Assembly (NCBI GenBank): GCA_035291665.1
Contig: DATDRP010000004.1
Coordinates: forward strand, 22,272-86,271
Source: Patescibacteria group bacterium
GTDB lineage: Bacteria; Patescibacteriota; Microgenomatia; UBA8517
Direction of reading: 5' to 3'
DNA length: 64,000 bases
Each line of letters starts with the position of its first letter. Positions within the stretch are counted from its first letter, which is position 1. Below the pieces are notes generated by a model, which was not told the origin of the DNA, searched no databases, and saw only the letters and a program-made list of their open reading frames with translations. Both the position numbers and the translations under genes were made by a program. Below are positions 1 through 8,030 of this stretch, piece after piece.

Positions 1-1
1 G

Positions 2-397
2 GCGGTTGATATTCTGGCTTCATCATCAGTTGCGCTTGATCCGGGTCTGGTTGGCCAATTTCACTATGAAGTTGTCATAAATGCAAGAAATATTCTGAAA
101 CGTGCCGAAAGTTTGGAAAGAATAGTTTCACTGGTAGGGGAAGCTGAACTCTCGCGCGAAGATCAAATTTCTTATCGCCGGGCAAAGAGAATAAAAAATT
201 ATATGACGCAAAACTTTTTCGTTGCGGAAACGCAAAGAGGTGAAAAAGGTGATTATGTGTTACTGGACGTGGCCTTGAAAGATTTAAATGGAATTATTAT
301 GGGTAAGTATGACAAAGTACCGGAAGATGAGTTTTTATATATTAGTACTATTTCTGATATAAAAAATGCTGATCAGGCCGCTTATTTTAACAATTAA
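2..397 (+). CDS. atpD: F1 ATP synthase beta subunit, C-terminal part (5' truncated by window)
   Basis: Frame open from position 2 (AVDILASSSVALDPGLVGQFHYEV...LVGEAELSREDQISYRRAKRIKNYMTQNFFVAE), matching the beta-subunit C-terminus. Confidence 0.93.
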   Translation, partial: AVDILASSSVALDPGLVGQFHYEVVINARNILKRAESLERIVSLVGEAELSREDQISYRRAKRIKNYMTQNFFVAETQRGEKGDYVLLDVALKDLNGIIMGKYDKVPEDEFLYISTISDIKNADQAAYFNN

Positions 398-617
398 ACA
401 AAGGCAGGGTGATATTTTTCGTGGTGAAGTTGAATATGTGACTTCCATAAACGATAAAGGCAGATTTGATGTCTTACCCGAACATACGAATTTTATCTCA
501 CTGATAAAAGATTTTATAAAATATAAAATCTCAGGCGGTGATATAAAAAATATGAAGATCGAAAATGCTGTTATGAGAGTCTACGAAAGCAAAGTTGATA
601 TCTTCTTAGGTATATGA
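366..617 (+). CDS. atpC: F1 ATP synthase epsilon subunit, N-terminal beta-sandwich only
   Basis: Follows atpD; GRFDVLPEHTNFISLI resembles the epsilon G-x-x-G-I-L-P-x-H motif; 83 aa. Confidence 0.85.
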   Translation: MLIRPLILTIKQRQGDIFRGEVEYVTSINDKGRFDVLPEHTNFISLIKDFIKYKISGGDIKNMKIENAVMRVYESKVDIFLGI

Positions 618-1247
618 AATTCTATGCATATACTATTATATAATGAGGTTTACGCCCAATATGTGCTGACTACAAGAATATTATGCAAATTGCTTTCGGA
701 TATAAAACTCCCGAATAAGATAATTACCGTATTATTAAACAATATAGAAGAATTCAGTATTAATATTATAAGATCGACAAAAATCTTCGATGGCAAACAG
801 TTTACTTGACTGCTAATAAAATAAAAGGGTATTTTGTATTAATTTGTTGGGACTTTATCAAATATTAAAGGTGGGGAGGGGCAAAAGGATTAAATGCCAG
901 ACAACTTATTAGAGGTGGTCTGGTAAGACTTATAATATTGTCGCAAAAAAGTATATAGTACGATTCCGGTACTTGCTTGGAATCTGCGTAATTCTTACGA
1001 AATTATTTGATTGAAGGGAAGTATAACACCAATGTCAAGGAGTGCGGGGAGTCGAATTATGGTGCTTTAATTCGGCTGAATGTCGCAGATAATTACCATT
1101 AGGGAATATGCTGGGACTTGGATAAGATATTTGCATTGATTGTAGTTGCAAATTACTTAATATCCCAATATCCTAATCTCCTAATATCTTTTTCATTTTC
1201 CTCTTCTTTGAACTTACAATCCTTTGTCATATAATTAAGTACAAAAT

Positions 1248-4200
1248 ATGACTGAAATTAGAAAGTTACATAAAGCCGGATCAAGAAGAATCAGCTACAA
1301 TCATTCGGAAGTTGAGAAATACTGGCAAAAAGTTTGGGATAAAGAAGGTCTGTACACTCCCGATATTCATAAATCTGAAAACAAATTTTATAACCTTTGG
1401 ATGTTTCCCTATCCTTCGGCAGAAGGAGTTCATGTAGGAACTATCTTTTCATCAACAGGGAGTGACGTTTACGGGAGATTTATGCGTATGAACGGATATT
1501 CTGTTTTTCAACCGATTGGTTTTGATTCGTTTGGCATTCACTCTGAAAATTACGCGATTAAAATAGGGGAAAATCCACGGTTTACACTAGGTAGAACTCT
1601 GCCACACTTCAAGAATCAATTCAAAATGATAGGTCATGAGTATGATTGGACTAAAACAGTGACAACGTCCGATATAGATTACTATAGATGGACACAGTGG
1701 ATATTTGTTGAATTGTTTAAAAGCGGTCTTGCATATCGCAAATATGTCAAGGTAAATTGGTGCCCTTCGTGTAAAACTGTGATTTCGGATGAACAGGTTG
1801 TAACACCTGCCCAAGCAGGTAAGGATCCAAGGGATGAGAATGGGGAGATCGTTAAAGAGGAAGAGGGGATGCGGGTTTGCGAAAGATGCGGCTTTTTGGT
1901 TCAGGATAAAGAACTTGAACAGTGGATGTTTCGGATTACTGATTATGCAGACCGGCTTCTTGACGGTCTTGGGGGTATTGATTGGCCGGAAAAAATAAAA
2001 ACCGCGCAAAAGAATTGGATTGGAAAAAGTACCGGGGCGCTTTTGACTTTTAACCTACAACCTACAACCCACCCCCCTGCGCACAAGGCTTCGGAAGGGC
2101 AAAGTATCCTACAACCAATTACAGTCTTTACAACCCGGCCAGATACGGTATTTGGTGCAACATTTATGGTGGTTGCCCCGGAATATGCGCAAAAATATCT
2201 ACTTAAATATATATCTGAAGATAAAATAAACGATGTAACAAAATATATCAATATATCCTTAAAGAAAACAAAGGACATCAGACTATTAAATAAGGAAAAA
2301 ACCGGCATTGAAACGGGATTGTTTGCTCTTAATCCGGCAACCAAGAAAGATATTCCTATTTATGTAGCCGATTATGTATTATCAGATTACGGGACAGGGG
2401 CAATTATGGCAGTTCCTGCTCATGATGAAAGAGATTTTGCATTTGCGAAGAAATTTAATCTACCGATTCATAAGGTAATAGATCAGACCTTGGAAACGCA
2501 TACGGTTTTGATAAAAAACAGCTTGGAGGATGGTTTTTCCGATGAAATTCAAAAAAACAATTGGTATCTGACTGATTATTTTGATTGGGGTTATGGATTA
2601 GTTCTTCCAGCTTCAGATGAGCACAAATTAATTGAGGTCATTCAAAAGTTTCTAAAATCTGGTCCTTGGTATGTGCATACCGACGGAAGTCTTAAAGCTG
2701 TTATTTTTAAAGATAAAGTTTTCAGTATCGAAAATGAAAATGAGCAGGCGAAAGATTATGCAAGAGAAATTTCTGTTACTGAAGAACAAATAGACTGGGA
2801 CAACAAGGATAACTATATGTTTTGCCACAATAAGAATGGGGTATTAGTCGATTCCGGTTCATGGAATGGTTTGAAGTATCCGGAAGATTACGAAAAGATA
2901 CTCTCTGATGTAGAAAAAAATGGCTGGGGGGAAAGAAAATCACAGTATCATCTTCGGGATTGGCTGATAAGCCGTCAACGATATTGGGGACCACCGATAC
3001 CGATGGTATTTTGTAGTAACTGTAAGAGTAAGGGTAAGAGTTGGTTTACATCTGAAAAATTTGATAACTACAAAAAACATATTAGAAATTCGAAATTAGA
3101 AATTAGAAATTTCGACGATTGGTCATCGTCAGGCTGGTATCCGGAAGAGAATCTTCCTGTTGAGCTTCCCGATATTCAAAATTATCAGCCTGAAGGCAAC
3201 GGCCGGGGGCCTTTGGCGAATCATCCTGAATTTTACAAAACTAAATGCCCGGAATGCGCAAGTGTTGCTAGAAGGGAAACCGATGTATCGGATACTTTTC
3301 TTGATAGTGCATGGTATTTTCTTCGTTATCCAAGCGTAAGAATAGAAGATCAGGAGAGTAGAAGAGTAGAAGATAAAAACAACTTACCTCTTACAACCGA
3401 CAACTTACAACTTCCCTGGTCACCGGAGGTAACCAGGGAATGGCTTCCGGTTGATCTTTACTTCGGCGGAGCAGAGCATGCTGTACTTCACCTTATGTAC
3501 GCGCGGTTCGTTTGGAAAGTATTGCGGGATTTGGGATATCTTGATTCCCAAAATGACGAACCCTTCCCGCGCTTTTTTGCACACGGATTGATGATAAAAG
3601 ACGGTGCCAAAATGAGTAAAAGCAAAGGCAACGTTGTCAACCCTGACGATTATGTGGAGAAATACGGCGCAGATACTTTACGGTTATACCTGATGTTCAT
3701 GGGACCGATGGATGGATATCCCGATTTCCGGGATACCGGTATCGAGGGAATGAGAAGATTTATCGAAAAACTTTATCAAGTTTTTCAAATGTCAGACGAC
3801 AAATATCAAATCACAAATAAAAATAAATTAGAGATAAAACAACATCAAACTATAAAAAAGGTGACCGAAGAGATACAACAATTCAAATACAACACTGCAA
3901 TTGCAGCGATTATGGAATACGTGAACTCGCTCCGCGAGTCAATTTCCAATTCCAAATTTCTAATTTCTAAACAACCAAAAAATTTGACAATAAAGCGATT
4001 CAGTGGTGATAAAATGGAAGAATCACCCACTTCTCAGGTTCTACAACCTACAACCTACAACCTATATCTACAAACTCTTGCACTTCTACTTGCTCCTTTT
4101 GCTCCGCACATAACCGAAGAGGTATGGCATAAAATCCTCGGTCACAAAAGTTCTATTCATCTTGCAAAATGGCCAAAATACGATTCGGAATTGGTTAAAG

Positions 4201-4400
4201 AGGAAACTATAACTATTCCGGTTCAAATTAATGGAAAACTAAGAGGCACAATTCAAATTGAGGCTGGTAAGTCAAATGATAAAGAATATGTTTTGAGCTT
4301 AGCCAAGGAAAATGAAAAAGTAAACAAATGGCTGAGTGCAGGAACGGTTAAAAAAGAGATTTATATTGAAGGTAGACTGGTGAATTATGTGGTCAGTTGA
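1248..4400 (+). CDS. leuS: Leucine--tRNA ligase with several insertions
   Basis: MFPYPSAEGVHVGT, CPSC and CERC Zn knuckle, VFTTRPDT, GTGAIMAVPAHDERD, DWLISRQRYWGPPIP, KMSKS. Confidence 0.98.
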   Translation: MTEIRKLHKAGSRRISYNHSEVEKYWQKVWDKEGLYTPDIHKSENKFYNLWMFPYPSAEGVHVGTIFSSTGSDVYGRFMRMNGYSVFQPIGFDSFGIHSENYAIKIGENPRFTLGRTLPHFKNQFKMIGHEYDWTKTVTTSDIDYYRWTQWIFVELFKSGLAYRKYVKVNWCPSCKTVISDEQVVTPAQAGKDPRDENGEIVKEEEGMRVCERCGFLVQDKELEQWMFRITDYADRLLDGLGGIDWPEKIKTAQKNWIGKSTGALLTFNLQPTTHPPAHKASEGQSILQPITVFTTRPDTVFGATFMVVAPEYAQKYLLKYISEDKINDVTKYINISLKKTKDIRLLNKEKTGIETGLFALNPATKKDIPIYVADYVLSDYGTGAIMAVPAHDERDFAFAKKFNLPIHKVIDQTLETHTVLIKNSLEDGFSDEIQKNNWYLTDYFDWGYGLVLPASDEHKLIEVIQKFLKSGPWYVHTDGSLKAVIFKDKVFSIENENEQAKDYAREISVTEEQIDWDNKDNYMFCHNKNGVLVDSGSWNGLKYPEDYEKILSDVEKNGWGERKSQYHLRDWLISRQRYWGPPIPMVFCSNCKSKGKSWFTSEKFDNYKKHIRNSKLEIRNFDDWSSSGWYPEENLPVELPDIQNYQPEGNGRGPLANHPEFYKTKCPECASVARRETDVSDTFLDSAWYFLRYPSVRIEDQESRRVEDKNNLPLTTDNLQLPWSPEVTREWLPVDLYFGGAEHAVLHLMYARFVWKVLRDLGYLDSQNDEPFPRFFAHGLMIKDGAKMSKSKGNVVNPDDYVEKYGADTLRLYLMFMGPMDGYPDFRDTGIEGMRRFIEKLYQVFQMSDDKYQITNKNKLEIKQHQTIKKVTEEIQQFKYNTAIAAIMEYVNSLRESISNSKFLISKQPKNLTIKRFSGDKMEESPTSQVLQPTTYNLYLQTLALLLAPFAPHITEEVWHKILGHKSSIHLAKWPKYDSELVKEETITIPVQINGKLRGTIQIEAGKSNDKEYVLSLAKENEKVNKWLSAGTVKKEIYIEGRLVNYVVS

Positions 4401-4493
4401 TCGAAATAACCAGATGTTTCATCGAGAATTTCTTTAAAGACCCCTTCGGTTGCGAAGTTATATTAAACCTATATACAATGATTCAGGTGGACT

Positions 4494-5228
4494 ATGTTAA
4501 AAGATGAGGATGGCTTAACCGATGGTGATGGTTATATGGAATTTGAGGACAAGGACACCGACTCCAAAAAAACCTCGTTTGATTTTGAGAAATTTATTAA
4601 CAAGTATAAAGTACCGCTGGCGATTTTTTTACTGGGGCTCACCCTGACGGGTCTGGGGATATTCTTCCTTAAAAATGATAGTCCGACGGGAAGACAGAAG
4701 ATCGAAGTTCTAAGCACGGCTACAGAAAGCCAAAAGACAGAAAACAAAATCGTTGTCGAAATTGCAGGTGCCGTTAAAAAACCCGGAGTTTATACTTTTG
4801 AAAATTCAGATGTCAGAATAATCGACTTAATTTCTGTGTCCGGGGGATTTTCGGATGATGCCGACACTGTTTGGATTGACAAAGTAGTAAACAAAGCAGC
4901 AAAACTTAGTGACGGTGCCAAGTATTATATTAAGTCAGTGAATGATATGGACACTCCCGGTCCCGGTAAGCAAATAGAAGAAGAGAGTGCTAATAATTTA
5001 GATATATATCAAAGTGAATCACCTGTTTTTGGGGGCAGTAACGAAGGTTTAACCAATATTAATACAGCGTCAATTGACGAACTCGATAAACTACCCGGAA
5101 TAGGCCCTGTATACGGGAAAAGTATTGTTGAACACAGGCCTTACTCAGATATTAATGAGCTAGTCACTAAAAGTGCTTTGAAGCAGTATGTCTTCGATAA
5201 GATAAAAGAACTGGTTACCGTTAATTAA
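4494..5228 (+). CDS. comEA: ComEA-family DNA receptor (TM, SLBB, helix-hairpin-helix)
   Basis: N-terminal TM; VEIAGAVKKPGVY SLBB; NINTASIDELDKLPGIGP HhH. Confidence 0.93.
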   Translation: MLKDEDGLTDGDGYMEFEDKDTDSKKTSFDFEKFINKYKVPLAIFLLGLTLTGLGIFFLKNDSPTGRQKIEVLSTATESQKTENKIVVEIAGAVKKPGVYTFENSDVRIIDLISVSGGFSDDADTVWIDKVVNKAAKLSDGAKYYIKSVNDMDTPGPGKQIEEESANNLDIYQSESPVFGGSNEGLTNINTASIDELDKLPGIGPVYGKSIVEHRPYSDINELVTKSALKQYVFDKIKELVTVN

Positions 5229-5242
5229 TCATAAGATCTTAC

Positions 5243-6340
5243 GTGTTAAGAACAAAAGTAAAAAAGTATGACGTCCGGGAGATGGTGATTTTTATCACAA
5301 TTACTGTGATTGTAAGTCTCAAGATTGTTGTATTTTACAATTCTCAAAATAGATTGCCGGATGGGACTAAAATTAAGTTATCCGGTAAATTGACCAGCGA
5401 ACCGATACAGTATGATACGTCACAAGGGGTTTTCTTTTTGGGATATAAATTTTATTTACCTTTACAGCCAAAACTTAGTTATGGCGATGAAATAGTTGTT
5501 GTTGGGGTAACCGAAAAAGATAAATTGAAAAGTCCTCAACTGGTCCAAAACATCTCGGGTCGAATGGTGTATCAATTCCGTAATAAAATTCTGGGTTTTT
5601 ATAACAGAAGCCTTCCAAAAGACCATGCGGCACTCGTTGCCGGGGTGGTACTCGGAGCAAAATCAGGAATAGGGTACGACCTTTGGGAAAAGTTTAAATC
5701 CAGTGGAACCGCACATGTTGTCGTTGCTTCAGGTATGAATGTTACACTTGTTGCGGGATTTCTCCTGAATTTCCTTCTTCTATTTATCAAAAGACAATAT
5801 GCAATAGTATTTGCGATTATTGGTGTATGGCTGTATGCAGTGTTAAGCGGATTTGAAGCTCCGATCGTTCGTGCCTGTGTGATGGGATCTATTGCATTTA
5901 CCGCGCAAGAGTTGGGAAAACGGAATTTTGCCTATCGATCGTTATTCCTCACAGGATTTGTAATGTTATTTATTAACCCCTCATGGTTTTTTGATTTGGG
6001 ATTCTGGCTCTCATTCTTAGCAACGCTTGCGATCTTAAAATTTGAAAAGCCGATTGAATACAGGCTTCGTAAGATACCGGTTAAAGCTTTCCGTCAGGAT
6101 CTGTCAACCACACTTGCTGCCCAGATTGGTGTTTTTCCAATTCTTTATTATTTCTTCGGACAATTTAATATTTTCTCGCCTTTAATAAATGCAGTTGTTT
6201 TATGGACAATTGTACCGATAACCTTAATTGGTATGATATCCGGTTTGATTTCACTGGTATATGAACCCATCGGTACATTGATACTATATTTATCGTATCC
6301 GTTAACGAGTTGGTTTTTGACTGTCGTTAACCTCGTTTAA
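5243..6340 (+). CDS. comEC: ComEC/Rec2 competence membrane channel domain
   Basis: SGTAHVVVASGMNV, APIVRACVM, DLGFWLSFLAT; multiple TM segments; follows comEA. Confidence 0.92.
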   Translation: MLRTKVKKYDVREMVIFITITVIVSLKIVVFYNSQNRLPDGTKIKLSGKLTSEPIQYDTSQGVFFLGYKFYLPLQPKLSYGDEIVVVGVTEKDKLKSPQLVQNISGRMVYQFRNKILGFYNRSLPKDHAALVAGVVLGAKSGIGYDLWEKFKSSGTAHVVVASGMNVTLVAGFLLNFLLLFIKRQYAIVFAIIGVWLYAVLSGFEAPIVRACVMGSIAFTAQELGKRNFAYRSLFLTGFVMLFINPSWFFDLGFWLSFLATLAILKFEKPIEYRLRKIPVKAFRQDLSTTLAAQIGVFPILYYFFGQFNIFSPLINAVVLWTIVPITLIGMISGLISLVYEPIGTLILYLSYPLTSWFLTVVNLV

Positions 6341-6356
6341 TTAGTTTTTAAAGAAA

Positions 6357-7259
6357 ATGGAAAGAAAATGGAAAATACTTTTTTCGATATTGATGCTTTG
6401 TTGCCTCACAGTCTGGTTATCAGTCTTTACAAGCAAGAGAAACCTTCATCTGATTGCTTGTGATGTCGGACAGGGAGACGCAACGCTCATTGTTTATAAA
6501 AAATATGACATTTTGATCGATGGCGGACCGAATAATAAAGTATTGGGCTGTCTATCGAAATATATGCCTTTTTGGGATAGAACAATCGAGATGGTAATTC
6601 TGACGCACCCGCAAAAAGACCATTACTTTGGACTGATAGAAGTGATGGCCAACTATAAAGTTGATTATTTCTTAGCAAATTCGATTGAATCAAGCAGTGA
6701 TGACTATCAAGTGCTAAAAAATGCAGTAGGGAGTAAGCCTACCAGAGTGGTTTCACCTGTCTTAGGCAATAGTTATAGATTGGATTTGATGTATTTGGAT
6801 ATACTTAACCCATCTCACGAGTTTATTGCACAAAATAGCCTTAAAAATAATGAGTCTGAAGGGCAGGTGCTTGGGACTTCAACAACGACAATGGATCCCA
6901 ATGAATTTTCAATTGTATTTGAGCTTAAATTTAAGGATTTTACCGGCATATTAACGGGGGACCTGAGCCCTGAAAAATCGAATGAAATAGCCTCGCTTAT
7001 AACCAATTTGGGTAATAAACCGGTTAACTATATCAAAATACCACATCATGGATCAAAGAACGGTTTATCCGAAAACTTATTGAGAATTCTTCAACCTCAG
7101 ATTGCAACGATCTCTGTAGGTAAAAATAACAGTTATGGCCACCCCAGCCCGGAAATTCTGAAAATGTTAAGTGATCAAAATGTTAAAACATTTCGAACGG
7201 ACGAGAGCGGGGATATTGTCATAGAAACCGATGGGGAGAAAATATGGGTGAATAAGTAG
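6357..7259 (+). CDS. ComEC-type metallo-beta-lactamase-fold nuclease domain, encoded separately
   Basis: CDVGQGDA, LIDGG, THPQKDH, LTGD, KIPHHGS, NSYGHP. Confidence 0.9.
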   Translation: MERKWKILFSILMLCCLTVWLSVFTSKRNLHLIACDVGQGDATLIVYKKYDILIDGGPNNKVLGCLSKYMPFWDRTIEMVILTHPQKDHYFGLIEVMANYKVDYFLANSIESSSDDYQVLKNAVGSKPTRVVSPVLGNSYRLDLMYLDILNPSHEFIAQNSLKNNESEGQVLGTSTTTMDPNEFSIVFELKFKDFTGILTGDLSPEKSNEIASLITNLGNKPVNYIKIPHHGSKNGLSENLLRILQPQIATISVGKNNSYGHPSPEILKMLSDQNVKTFRTDESGDIVIETDGEKIWVNK

Positions 7260-7260
7260 G

Positions 7261-7400
7261 GAAAAGTTGTAGGGTGTAGGAAATAGGTTGTAGGAAATAA
7301 GAAGTAGGTTGTAGGAGATGGGAAATATAGTAATTAAGTAATTAAGAGAAAGAAATGGGTTGTGAGAAGTGAGATGTGAGTGGTGAGTATTAAGAATTTT
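7261..7400. repeat. Degenerate 7-8-mer tandem repeat tract
   Basis: ttgtagg/gtgtagg/aaatagg/ttgtagg/aaataag/aagtagg/ttgtagg, taattaag x2, gtgagaa/gtgagat/gtgagtg/gtgagta. Confidence 0.75.
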
Positions 7401-7414
7401 AGACTAGAAATTTA

Positions 7415-7654
7415 CTACTGGGTACCACCCTTGGGAGGTTGTTTTGCAATCGTCAGGTCGGTATATGCCCGAAGTAAAAATCTAAAGGTGTTTTCGTATT
7501 TTATCTCTGATAAAATTACAATATCCTCTTCACTAAAACCATACTTAGGATCCCTAAGAATCCCTTCTCTTTTGACGGGATCACTTAGATCCAAACGACC
7601 ACGCTGTATAATAAAATCACTAGCTAGCTTTCCTAAGGATTCTTTTCCTGGCAT
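7415..7654 (-). CDS. Hypothetical protein
   Basis: 79 aa ORF with TATAAT about 11 nt upstream of the ATG. Confidence 0.55.
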   Translation of the reverse strand: MPGKESLGKLASDFIIQRGRLDLSDPVKREGILRDPKYGFSEEDIVILSEIKYENTFRFLLRAYTDLTIAKQPPKGGTQ

Positions 7655-7733
7655 AATTGAGACGAATTATATCACGCAAGGCATAAAAGATGCTAAAATA
7701 TATTGATTTTCATTTGATAAACAGTTTAAACCT

Positions 7734-7916
7734 GCGCCTGTAGTTTAAAGGATAAAACTTTGGGTTTTCGATACCTAAAGGTAATGAAGTTCAGCCCTCG
7801 TAGCTTAACGGACAAAGTGACAGTTTCCGGAACTGTTGATGCCAGTTCAATTCTGGCCGAGGGCACAGATCGGATTAACCCAATGACTGGAGGTTCGATT
7901 CCTCTCAGGCGCACCA
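7734..7916 (+). tRNA. Interrupted outer tRNA gene (Arg-type body, probably anticodon TCG) with a ~105-107 nt insertion in the anticodon loop
   Basis: GCGCCTG/CAGGCGC acceptor stem plus A-CCA (7913-7916); D arm GTTT-AAAGGATA-AAAC; anticodon stem TTGGG(7760-64)/CCCAA(7879-83); T arm GGAGG-TTCGATT-CCTCT. Confidence 0.7.
7794..7865 (+). tRNA. tRNA-Arg(CCG), nested inside the outer tRNA
   Basis: GCCCTCG TA GCTT AACGGACA AAGT G ACAGT TT CCG GA ACTGT TGAT GCCAG TTCAATT CTGGC CGAGGGC A; full cloverleaf, no encoded CCA. Confidence 0.95.
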
Positions 7917-8030
7917 GTTTTTTTTGAGCGCCAGTTGTCGAACGCGGAATTTTCAAGTTCGAAAGGACAATGCCTTTTGGAGGCAATAGCCAGTGAGATT
8001 CACGATAGCGAAAGGATTCATAATCAAAAA

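Noticed and set aside
624-809. 61-aa ORF after atpC
   Set aside because: AT-rich with no recognisable motif; not supportable as a gene.
810-1247. T-box or other structured leader upstream of leuS
   Set aside because: Some hairpins exist, but I found no T-box consensus (TGGNACC antiterminator bulge), and a -10 box lies just before the leuS start.
7765-7878. Group I intron or strict archaeal BHB intron in the outer tRNA
   Set aside because: Only ~35 nt remain besides the inner tRNA, too little for a ribozyme core. The canonical 37/38 bulge-helix-bulge register does not pair cleanly.
7726-7986. 86-aa minus-strand ORF, and the 7935 TTG start for argS
   Set aside because: The ORF is antisense to the tRNA locus; ArgRS homology begins at ATG 8031.
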